A stretch of 64,000 bases of DNA from Nitrososphaerota archaeon (GTDB lineage: Archaea; Thermoproteota; Nitrososphaeria; Nitrososphaerales; Gagatemarchaeaceae), in NCBI GenBank assembly GCA_029785825.1, contig JAFLYY010000001.1, positions 649,374-713,373 of the forward strand. Direction: 5' to 3'. The position numbers and the translations under genes are program-made. The notes beneath the pieces are model-generated. The model was not told the origin of the DNA. It worked only from the letters and a program-made list of their open reading frames with translations, and ran no database searches. Of the stretch, positions 9,905 to 17,865 are shown piece by piece (the first letter of the stretch is position 1; every line of letters begins with the position of its first letter).

Positions 9905-10456
9905 TTGTCCAAGCTGTGGCTGGTCTCCGGCCCCCCAGGTGTAGGCAAGTCGACGCTGGTGTCCAGGGTCGTCTTGAAGCTGAAGAGTGCTGGGGTGATA
10001 GTGGGTGGGTGCACGACGTCAGAGAAGAGGGAGGGCGGGGCGCGGGTAGGGTTCGAGGTGAAGGACCTCACCACCGGAAGGAAGGGGGAGCTGGCTTCGG
10101 TCTCCTCGAGGTTCGGCCCCAGGGTTGGGAGGTACAGGGTGAACCTGGTGGACCTGGCGGAGATAGGGGCCGCGGGGCTCGAAGCGGCGGCCGAAAGGTC
10201 GGAGCTGATAGTCGTCGACGAGGTAGGGCCCATGGAGCTCGTCAGCCCTGAGTTCAGGCGCGCGGTCGAGAAGTGCGAAGCTACCGGGAAGCCGATGCTG
10301 GCAGTGGTACATGAAAGGATGGAGGACGACATCCTCGGCGAACTCAAGGCCCATGCGGAGGAGGTGGTCGTCCTGAGCCCTGAAAACAGGGACGCCGCCG
10401 CGGACGACCTCGGGGCGAAGCTCCTGGCCGCGGTGGGTGGGCCGAAGACAGGTTGA
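9905..10456 (+). CDS. THEP1-family NTPase
   Basis: Walker A GPPGVGKST, RVGFEV, VVDEVGPMEL; TTG start inferred. Confidence 0.92.
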   Translation: MSKLWLVSGPPGVGKSTLVSRVVLKLKSAGVIVGGCTTSEKREGGARVGFEVKDLTTGRKGELASVSSRFGPRVGRYRVNLVDLAEIGAAGLEAAAERSELIVVDEVGPMELVSPEFRRAVEKCEATGKPMLAVVHERMEDDILGELKAHAEEVVVLSPENRDAAADDLGAKLLAAVGGPKTG

Positions 10457-10490
10457 GAGAGTCTCGCGCTGTCGGGGGCGTGGTAGTAAA

Positions 10491-11533
10491 ATGCTCTACA
10501 GGCGTGATATCACACGCTAGAGCGAAAAGTCAGGCTTGCGCAGGCAGTGGGACTATGGCTAGCCGAAGGGGACAAGTTAACCAAGCGAGAAATCACATTT
10601 ACTAACAATCAACCTTACCTTATCGCCCTCTTCCATAGGCCAGTTCATGAGAATCTCCATCCGAAGCACACGCCTCGCATTGCAGTATATCTTCCCAATC
10701 TGGACATCCCTTACGAAAAACCTGTTGGGTGGGCAAGATGTCGAGTGTATGTGGATAAAAGGGCAAACGTGCCGTACTACATCTACCGGGTGAGCGGAGT
10801 AAAGACTGTCAAGAGTTGGAGAGCGCTTGTATCTTCTGTCTCCAGCGACACGAGTGACTACGGACCAGTTCTGCAGGGTTTCTTCGCTGGAGAGGGAAAT
10901 GTTAGAGAGAGTGCCCATCACTCGCGACTAGTCAGAATTGCACAGGGAGAGCCTTATCCCCTGCTGGAAACAATTCTGCGCCACTTTGGAATCTCGTTCA
11001 AGTACGGAGGCCATAGGGAGTATTCGATTTCTGGCCGCGACAACTTCGAGAAAATCCTCGCATTAGGAGCAGCTCATCTTCATCGTTCGAAGCATAAGAA
11101 ACTTCTCAGAATGATGGAGAGATACCGGCAGCACCACTATCCGTATCATGCCCTACACGCGTTGGTACTGGCCAGACTCTCGACTCCCCGAACTGCTGAG
11201 GACCTTGCTATCGACCTGAAGCGCTCGACGTCGCGGCTTCGTCAGGTTCTGTGCGATTTGAGGTCCAAGGGAGATATCAAGATGTACCATGTCAACTCGA
11301 CATACTTCTGCGTAAGGGCAACCTCCGGGGTAGTGGCAATCTCGAAGCAGAAGGCTCGGATTCTTGCTTTGATGGAGGCTCTCCATCGTCCTTTCGAACT
11401 GTCCGCAGAGTTGAAGAGGAATCGAAAGGCGGTCACCCGCCGGTTGCGCGAACTTGAACACATCGGCTTGGTCTATCTGGAAAAGGCTAATTGGCACAAA
11501 AGTCCGACAACCAGCCGGGTGATTGTAAGATGA
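10491..11533 (+). CDS. Free-standing LAGLIDADG endonuclease-like protein with two C-terminal wHTH domains (start uncertain: GTG 10547 unspliced, or ATG 10491 if 10501-10523 is spliced)
   Basis: Two LAGLIDADG-like helices (AVGLWLAEGD, VLQGFFAGEG); HTH motifs TAEDLAIDLKRSTSRLRQVL and RPFELSAELKRNRKAVTRRLRELE; visibly lower GC than flanks. Confidence 0.75.
10501..10523 (+). other. Candidate relaxed-BHB intron (23 nt) in the LAGLIDADG gene
   Basis: TCTA/TAGA helix, CAG bulge, GCGTG/CACGC stem; removal joins ATG 10491 in frame (MLYRKVRLAQAVGLW); the 3' bulge competes with direct pairing. Confidence 0.4.
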
Positions 11534-12235
11534 CGATAGTCGGTGGGCTCGACGAAGCTGGGAGAGAGCAATGGCCCTCCATGCTCCCCAACAGGTTGCC
11601 TACTGGGACCCCTCGTTGTTGCGGGAATCTCTATTGAAAGAAGCAAGGTCAGGAAACTGAAGGAGATTGGCGTAAAGGACTCCAAGCTACTCTCGGCGGC
11701 TAGGAGGGATGAACTCTACCCCCAGATAAGGGAACTCGCCGAACACGTCCACTGGGTTGGAATTCCGCCGAGGGAGATAGACGAAGTCGTGACGACCGGC
11801 CGGAGGCTTCGGAAGCTCAACTATCTGGAGGCGATTTACTTCGCCAGGGTCATCGCCCATCTGGGGGCGGAGAAGGTAACTGTGGACGCCTCTGACGCCG
11901 TCGCCGACCGCTTCGGAAGGGACATCTCCGCCAACTTGGCTGCGAAGGTGAAGATTGCCTCCCTGCACAAGGCCGATATGAACTTCCCAATCGTGTCGGC
12001 AGCCTCCATAGTGGCCAAGGTCGAGAGGGACAGACAGGTGGAGCTCCTAAAGCAGGTGCACGGGGACTTCGGGTCGGGGTACCCTTCAGACCCAGTTACC
12101 ACAGACTTCTTCACCAGGTGGCTGGCTCGCGGGGCCCCCCTTCCCCTCTACGTGAGGAAGAGCTGGAAGACCTGGGACCGCTATGCCAGACTCGCGGGCT
12201 TACCCGGCCGCACAGGCTCCCCTACAAGGTTTTAG
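11530..12235 (+). CDS. rnhB: Ribonuclease HII, intron-split: join(11530..11564,11593..12235), 225 aa
   Basis: Exon 1 MTIVGGLDEAGR, exon 2 GCLLGPLVVAG...GVKDSK...VSAASIVAKVERD...GSGYPSD; exons out of frame unless 28 nt are removed. Confidence 0.93.
11565..11592 (+). other. BHB mRNA intron in rnhB (28 nt)
   Basis: TGGG/CCCA 4-bp helix, bulges AG^A and AC^A, inner stem GAGC-A-ATGG/CCAT-GCTC; canonical cuts restore GGG AGA GGT (G-R-G). Confidence 0.88.
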
Positions 12236-12262
12236 CCTGGGTGGGGCTTCACGCCTCTACTC

Positions 12263-12526
12263 TTGAAGGTCAGCATCGAAATCGTCGCCGTGACCCCCGA
12301 GTCGCTCTTCGACCCTCGCGTCCTGGACTTCCAGAACCTGAAGTCCCGTGGACTGGTGTTCATCCCGGGACCCGGAGGATAGGTCGACGAGGAGAGCGTG
12401 AGGATAGGGGATGTCGTCCGCCAGACGCCTCCCAGGGGGTTCGAGTCCCGATGGCGCCCCGCTTCGGCGTGGCGGTCGGAGGCCGCGCGACGCCTGACCG
12501 TCGCCCCACCCGGATTCCGATGCTAG
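12263..12526 (+). pseudogene. Possible degenerate small ORF with in-frame TAG at 12380
   Basis: Host-like codons on both sides of the stop: LKVSIEIVAVTPESLFDPRVLDFQNLKSRGLVFIPGPGG*VDEESVRIGDVV. Confidence 0.3.
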
Positions 12527-13182
12527 CCAGCCTGGATCGCGTATACCAGCGCGTGGTCCTTCTCGAATGGGCTGAGCTCTGTCACGCTCCTGACCTTGAA
12601 CCCGGCGCCTTCGAGCTTGGCCGTCTCGTCCGCGTACACCCGCTCCGGCTCCTTCAGGACGTCGATGCTCCTCGCCTTGACCACCAGGAGGAGAGTCCCG
12701 CTCCCCGCGAGGAGGGCCCTGCAGTTCGCGATGGCTATCTCTGTCTGGTCCGGCTGGGCTATGTCGCAGTACACCACGTCAACCTTCGAGATCGAGTACT
12801 TCGATGGGTCCCTGGCGTCGGCGACGAAGGGGACCACGTTCCTCCTTTCCCTGGCTACGCGTTCCACGAACTCCCTGGCTACCCTGGGAGAGAACTCCAC
12901 CCCTATCACCAGCCCGCTGGGGCCGACGAGGTCGGAGACGTGCGAAGGGGTCGTCCCCGTCGACGCCCCTAGGTAGAGTACCCTGGACCCTTCGCGGACG
13001 ATGTCGTCTGGGAGCCCCTTCAGCATGGCTGCGGCCAGCTTGCTCCTGAAAGGGTCCCAGGTCCGGAACTCGACCCCTCCTCTGACGACGAGGTCCTCGT
13101 TGTACACCCTCTTCCCCGGCGCCAGGTTCATCGTCAGAAGGGCGCTCCTTCCGTTCCTCTCCTCCCTGAGGAGGCGCGTCAT
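12523..13182 (-). CDS. flpA: Fibrillarin-like rRNA/tRNA 2'-O-methyltransferase
   Basis: RTWDPFRSKLAAA, VLYLGASTGTTPSHVSD, YCDIAQPDQ, KARSID, PFEKDH. Confidence 0.96.
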   Translation of the reverse strand: MTRLLREERNGRSALLTMNLAPGKRVYNEDLVVRGGVEFRTWDPFRSKLAAAMLKGLPDDIVREGSRVLYLGASTGTTPSHVSDLVGPSGLVIGVEFSPRVAREFVERVARERRNVVPFVADARDPSKYSISKVDVVYCDIAQPDQTEIAIANCRALLAGSGTLLLVVKARSIDVLKEPERVYADETAKLEGAGFKVRSVTELSPFEKDHALVYAIQAG

Positions 13183-14093
13183 CTCCTTCTGAACTTCTCT
13201 CGCCTTTGAGGCCTTCCTTCCTTCCTCGGCCTCCCGCTGGGCTCCGGCTTCCGCCGGGGAGGCTCCTTGTACTTCTCCTTGATGCTCTCGAGCCTCTTGT
13301 CCAGCCCTGCCTTGATGGAAGCGTCCTCGGCCCCGCGGTAGTAGTCGACCCGCGCGGCGATGGCTATCTTGTTGGCCAGGGTCCTCGCTATCTTCCCCCG
13401 CTGCCACTTGGGGGCGGTGTGGACCGCCTGGTGCTGGAAGAGGATGCCGTGCTTCGGAGGCCTCGCCCCCGTCCTGAGGGACCTGAACAGGGCCTTCTCG
13501 GCCCCCAGGATCTGGATCGTGCTCGCCGGGAGGACCGCCAGCCTGTCCAACCCTCCGGCCTTGGCCATGAGCCTGGCGCCTATGGTGGCTCCCGCCACTT
13601 CCGCGACGTTCGGGGCGACCTTCTTCATCTGTGACCCGACGTACTCGTCGAGCCCGCCCCTGAGGTTGCTCAGCTGCACCGCCAGCGCGGCGAGCGCTTT
13701 CACCCTGCCGATGTCCCCGTCCGAGATGGTCCCGCCCTTGGACCTGTCCCTGGCCTCCAAAATCGCGTCGACCTTCTTGTCGGTGAACCCCCTGCCGGCT
13801 AGGGCCTCCTTCGAGAACCCCTCCCGTCCCCCTATCTCTGAAATCATCTTGCAGAGGGCGATGTTGTCCTGGACCATCTGGATCAGCTCGGGAAAGTGGA
13901 GCCCGTACCACTCGGAGGCACGGGTCGCCGTCACGTTGAGGTGCTTGTCAGTGTCGTCCAGGGCCTGTATCGCCTGGACCAGGTGCAGGTCGGGGCGGGA
14001 TGATGCTTCGCGTATCGCCGCTTCCGCTTCGGCTATGCTCTTCTGGCGGAGCGCCTCGAACTCAGGGGATCCGGGCGTCGGTTCGATGGACAA
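13179..14093 (-). CDS. nop5: C/D box RNP protein Nop5 (short N-terminus)
   Basis: EWYGLHFPEL, APNV, PASTIQILGAEKALF, PPKHGILFQH, RGKIAR. Confidence 0.95.
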   Translation of the reverse strand: MSIEPTPGSPEFEALRQKSIAEAEAAIREASSRPDLHLVQAIQALDDTDKHLNVTATRASEWYGLHFPELIQMVQDNIALCKMISEIGGREGFSKEALAGRGFTDKKVDAILEARDRSKGGTISDGDIGRVKALAALAVQLSNLRGGLDEYVGSQMKKVAPNVAEVAGATIGARLMAKAGGLDRLAVLPASTIQILGAEKALFRSLRTGARPPKHGILFQHQAVHTAPKWQRGKIARTLANKIAIAARVDYYRGAEDASIKAGLDKRLESIKEKYKEPPRRKPEPSGRPRKEGRPQRREKFRRR

Positions 14094-14129
14094 CTTGAGG
14101 GCGCTCGACCCTCACGTGATTAAAGGGTT

Positions 14130-14474
14130 TCACAGAAACGACTCGATGGCTTCCTTGAGGACGGACCTGTGGCACTCCGACGGGTCCTTCTCGGTGCAGA
14201 GGAGGGTGATGGTCCCTTTCTTTGACTCCCGGGCAAGCCCTTCGACGATGGCCTCTTTCCCCTTCAGGGACCTCATGTACTCACGCCTGAACTCAGGCCA
14301 GTCGACCTTTCCGGCCTTCCTGCGTCTGACGAGGTCCATCGGGGTCCCGAGCTCCTTGATCCAGACATCGACCTTGTCCTTGGAGATTCCCCTGGGCCAC
14401 AACGACATGACCAGCACCCTGCGTCCGTCGGAGGCCTCGGGCGGCGAGTAGACCGACTTCCCTATCTTGATCAA
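14130..14474 (-). CDS. DUF488/YeaO-family protein
   Basis: SVYSPPEASDGRRVLVMSLWPRGISK, ITLLCTE..CHRSVL. Confidence 0.85.
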   Translation of the reverse strand: MIKIGKSVYSPPEASDGRRVLVMSLWPRGISKDKVDVWIKELGTPMDLVRRRKAGKVDWPEFRREYMRSLKGKEAIVEGLARESKKGTITLLCTEKDPSECHRSVLKEAIESFL

Positions 14475-14481
14475 TAAGACG

Positions 14482-14645
14482 ACCGCCCTCCTGGCGAAGA
14501 CAGCTGCGGAACCTCCTCCCTCGACTGTCCCCGGACCGGCCGGGGCGTTTTATCGGTTGTCCCAGTGGTCTCAGGGCGCCCCTGACCCGGAGCGCGTCTG
14601 ACTGAAAGCCGGGAGGAGCACGTCCCCGGCGAGAAGGCGGGGGCC
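14482..14645 (-). ncRNA. Candidate ~160-nt structured RNA or long 5' leader, family unknown
   Basis: Ends pair at 17 of 19 positions on the minus strand including 4 G-U; inner CTCCTCCC/GGGAGGAG, TCAGGG/CCCTGA and CCCCGG/CCGGGG stems; TATA-like element ~25-30 nt upstream. Confidence 0.45.
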
Positions 14646-14665
14646 GCCGGGGCCCGGACCGTCCT

Positions 14666-14680
14666 CAGAAAGATTAAATG
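14666..14680. promoter_or_regulatory. AT-rich BRE/TATA-like element between divergent transcription units (rps30e and the DUF488 leader)
   Basis: cagaaagattaaatg in a GC-rich background. Confidence 0.55.
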
Positions 14681-14719
14681 CGGAAGACGGTCGCCTGTAC
14701 TCAGGAGGTTAGAGCAAGA

Positions 14720-14918
14720 ATGCCGACCCACGGAAGTCAGCAGACCAGCCTCAAACTGGCTGCCTTCAGTCACGAAGGCTGGCAAGGTTAGATCCCAGAC
14801 TCCGAAACTCGAGGGGAAACCAAAGGAAAGCAAGATCCCCAAAGTCAGGAACAAGCGGACCTACGAGAAGCGCTTCACCCTGAAGCGCAAGCCCGGCCAG
14901 AACTGGATCAGACAGTGA
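14720..14918 (+). CDS. rps30e: 30S ribosomal protein S30e, intron-split: join(14720..14738,14770..14918), 55 aa
   Basis: Spliced product [63 protein letters not shown] upstream; unspliced frame stops after 23 codons; absent from the ORF track. Confidence 0.93.
14739..14769 (+). other. BHB mRNA intron in rps30e (31 nt)
   Basis: GAAG/CTTC 4-bp helix, bulges TC^A and AG^T, inner stem GCAG-A-CCAG/CTGG-CTGC; canonical cuts give AGT CTC ACG (S-L-T). Confidence 0.9.
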
Positions 14919-16510
14919 CAGCGCAGGCTCTGGACAGGCTCCAGGAAGCCGCCTCGTACATAGCGGAGCTAGTCGCCAGGGGGACGGTCCGCACGAGGAG
15001 CGACCTGGAGAAGCTGAAGAAGAGGGCCGCGGCGGACTTCCAACTCGACAGGTACCCTTCGAATGCGGAGATCCTTGCCCACCTTCCGCCGGGGGACAGG
15101 GACCGGAGCGCGGGGCTCCTGCGCGTCCACCCGAGGCGCAGCGCCTCAGGCATCGTCGTCGTCACCGCCTTCTCGGCTCCCTTCTCCTGCCCCCACGGGA
15201 CCTGCGTCTTCTGCCCCGGAGGGCCGCGGCAGGGGACCCCCCAGTCGTACCTGCCGCAGAGCCCGGGGATGCAGTCGGCGCTCGAGGTCCGGTTCGACCC
15301 GCGCCTGCAGGTCGAGAAGTCACTCGCCAAGTACGTCGCCAACGGCCATGCCGTGGGGAAAGTGGAGGCCATCATAGAGGGGGGGACGTTCATCGCGCTC
15401 GATCCGGGATACCAGACCGCGTTCGTGAAGGGGATCTACGACGGCCTCAACGGCGCGGTGTCCGGGACGCTCTCAGAGTCCCAGACCGCCAACGAGACGG
15501 CGGCCAGCAGGTGCGTGGGGCTGACCCTCGAGTCGAAGCCAGACTGGTGCAGACCGAGGGACGTGGACCTGATGCTCGGGCACGGGATCACGAGGGTCGA
15601 GATAGGGGTCCAGAGCCTGAGGCCTGAGGTGTTACTGCGCAGCAACCGCGGGCACACGGTCGAGGATGCGGCGAAGGCGTTCCAGGTCGCCCGGGACGCA
15701 GGGCTGAAGATCACGGCCCACATGATGCCCGGCCTCCCCGGAGCCACCCCTGACGGAGACCTCGAGGACCTCCGCAGGCTCTTCGATGACGAGGCCTTCC
15801 GCCCCGACATGTCAAAGCTCTACCCGACGCTTGTGGTCCCTGGGACGGCGCTGGCGAAGCAGTTCAGCGCGGGACTCTACAAACCGTATCCCTTTGAGAC
15901 GGTGGTCGAACTCCTCAGCGACATGAAGGGCTTCGTCCCCCCCTGGCACAGGATCATGCGGATACAGAGAGAGATACCAGCCGCCGAAATAGAGGGCGGG
16001 GTGAAGGACGGGAACCTCAGGCAGCTCGTCCTGCAGAGGGCCAGGGAGAAGGGGATAACATGCCGGTGCATCAGGTGCAGAGAAGTCCTTCTGAGGGACC
16101 CGGAGGCGCTCGGCAGGGACGACTCCCTGACCTACAGGGAGGCTCGCTACACCGCCTCGGGCGGGGAGGAGGTCTTCGGGTCGTTCGAGTTCGAAAGGTC
16201 CGGGACCATCGCAGGCTTCGTCCGGATGAGGGCCCCTTCTCCCCTGGCCCATAGAACGGAGATGAGGGGGGGCGCGGTGGTTAGGGAGCTCAGGGTATAC
16301 GGGGTGGTGGTGGGAATAGGGAAGAAGGAGGACGCCGCGTGGCAGCACAGGGGGATCGGCGCGTCCCTTTTGGAGCGCATGGAGGAAGCGGCGTCGTCAG
16401 AGTTCGGCGCCAGGAAGGTCCTCGTGATAAGCGCCGTGGGGACCAGAGGGTACTACCGGAGGCTCGGGTACGAAAGGGACGGCCCGTACATGGCGAAGGG
16501 CCTTCGCTAA
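14915..16510 (+). CDS. elp3: Elp3 radical SAM/KAT tRNA U34 acetyltransferase
   Basis: [53 protein letters not shown]. Confidence 0.96.
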   Translation: MTAQALDRLQEAASYIAELVARGTVRTRSDLEKLKKRAAADFQLDRYPSNAEILAHLPPGDRDRSAGLLRVHPRRSASGIVVVTAFSAPFSCPHGTCVFCPGGPRQGTPQSYLPQSPGMQSALEVRFDPRLQVEKSLAKYVANGHAVGKVEAIIEGGTFIALDPGYQTAFVKGIYDGLNGAVSGTLSESQTANETAASRCVGLTLESKPDWCRPRDVDLMLGHGITRVEIGVQSLRPEVLLRSNRGHTVEDAAKAFQVARDAGLKITAHMMPGLPGATPDGDLEDLRRLFDDEAFRPDMSKLYPTLVVPGTALAKQFSAGLYKPYPFETVVELLSDMKGFVPPWHRIMRIQREIPAAEIEGGVKDGNLRQLVLQRAREKGITCRCIRCREVLLRDPEALGRDDSLTYREARYTASGGEEVFGSFEFERSGTIAGFVRMRAPSPLAHRTEMRGGAVVRELRVYGVVVGIGKKEDAAWQHRGIGASLLERMEEAASSEFGARKVLVISAVGTRGYYRRLGYERDGPYMAKGLR

Positions 16511-16545
16511 ACGATTTAAGACCGGAGAAGCGCGGGACTGTTCGC

Positions 16546-17856
16546 ATGGGGGACCTTTCGGGCTACAAGGGGGGCGCCCTCCGCTTCCTGCAATCCGCCA
16601 AGGCCTCGATCGGTGACGTGCTCGAAGTCCAGACGAAATGGGGGGCGGTGACAGGCACCCTCGTCCCCAGGTATCTCTACGGCGACGGAGACCACGTCGT
16701 CCTCAAGCTGAAGTCAGGGTACAACGTCGGCCTCAGCCTCGACGGCCTCGGGAGGGCCGCCGTGAAGTCGAAGGGAGAGAAGCCCTCCTTCTCCCCGCCC
16801 CCGCCCCCGAAGTCTCCGGAGGGGCTCCCAAGGGTGGCGCTCCTCGGCACCGGAGGGACGATCGCCAGCAGGATCGACTACCGGACAGGGGCGGTGAAGC
16901 CTGCCGTGTCAGAGTCGGAGCTGCGCGCCCTCGTCCCGGAGCTCTCAGGCGCGGCGAGGGTCGAGGCCGAGGTGATGTTCGATATACTCAGCGAGAACGT
17001 GGCCCCGAGCCACTGGGCCAAGATGGCGAAGAGGGTGGCCAGGGCCGTGGATGAAGGGGTCGACGGGGTCGTAATCACCCACGGCACGGACACCCTGGGC
17101 TACACGGCGGCGGCGCTCAGCTTCGCCCTGGTGGGGATCCCTGTACCTGTAGTGCTCGTCGGCGCCCAGCGCTCGCCTGACAGGCCGTCGTCCGACGCCC
17201 CTCTGAACCTGGTCGCGGCGGTCTCGGTGGCAGGCACAGCGAAGTTCTCCGGCGTGTACGTCGCCATGCACCTCGGGGAGAGTGACGACAAGATCGCGTT
17301 CCACAGGGGGACCCGGGTCCGGAAGAACCACACCAGCAGGAGAGACGCCTTCGTCTCCGTGGGGGTCCCGCTTGCGGCCGTCTGGGGAAAGGGTGGGCTC
17401 GAGTACGTATCCGAAGGCCTGCCTCCGCGGGGAGGCTCCTTTAGGCCGAGGCCGGCTTTCGCCCCCGGCGCCGCGCTGCTGAAGTTCTACCCCTCGATGC
17501 CGCCGGAGGCCGTTAGGTCGGCCCGGCGGCTGGGCGCCCGGATCATAGTGGTGGAAGGGACGGGGCTGGGGCACGTGAGCGGGGAGGTCACGAAAGAGCT
17601 GGCACTCTTCGTGAAGTCCGGAGGGGTCGCCTGCATGACCTCGCAGTGCATCGGAGGCAGGGTCGACCTCAACGTCTACGAGACGGGGAGAGACCTCCTG
17701 CAGGCGGGGGTAGTCCCACTCCGCGACATGCTCCCCGAGACCGCCCTCGCCAAGGCGACGTGGGTCCTCGGGACCGGGGCAAAGGGGGAAAGGGCGAAGG
17801 AGATGATGCTGCACGACGTCGCCGGGGAGACCACGGCGCGGACCTTCCCTGGATAG
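16546..17856 (+). CDS. gatD: Glutamyl-tRNA(Gln) amidotransferase subunit D
   Basis: KLKSGYNVG, TGGTIASRIDYRTG, HGTDT, GAQRSPDRPSSD. Confidence 0.96.
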   Translation: MGDLSGYKGGALRFLQSAKASIGDVLEVQTKWGAVTGTLVPRYLYGDGDHVVLKLKSGYNVGLSLDGLGRAAVKSKGEKPSFSPPPPPKSPEGLPRVALLGTGGTIASRIDYRTGAVKPAVSESELRALVPELSGAARVEAEVMFDILSENVAPSHWAKMAKRVARAVDEGVDGVVITHGTDTLGYTAAALSFALVGIPVPVVLVGAQRSPDRPSSDAPLNLVAAVSVAGTAKFSGVYVAMHLGESDDKIAFHRGTRVRKNHTSRRDAFVSVGVPLAAVWGKGGLEYVSEGLPPRGGSFRPRPAFAPGAALLKFYPSMPPEAVRSARRLGARIIVVEGTGLGHVSGEVTKELALFVKSGGVACMTSQCIGGRVDLNVYETGRDLLQAGVVPLRDMLPETALAKATWVLGTGAKGERAKEMMLHDVAGETTARTFPG

Positions 17857-17865
17857 GGGCTCAGG

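Noticed and set aside
11543..11592. ORF-track N-terminus MGSTKLGESNGPPCSPT for RNase HII
   Set aside because: Artefact of reading through the intron in the exon-2 frame; it lacks the catalytic DEAGRG motif.
10500..12256. 8-bp inverted repeat AGGCGTGA/TCACGCCT flanking the nuclease-rnhB block
   Set aside because: Too short, no target-site duplication or transposase, and the left copy is already explained by a local hairpin.
12430..12462. T-loop-like GGTTCGAGTCCC followed by GGCGCCCC, possibly pairing with GGGGGCGTGGT at 10474 as a split or giant-intron tRNA
   Set aside because: The T-stem does not pair fully, no D or anticodon arm could be assembled, and the stretch reads as coding-like sequence.
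14540..14590. TPP-riboswitch-like AGGGGCGCCCTGAGA and RNase P-like GAGGAGGTTCC words in the structured RNA
   Set aside because: The remaining conserved elements of both families are absent or out of order.
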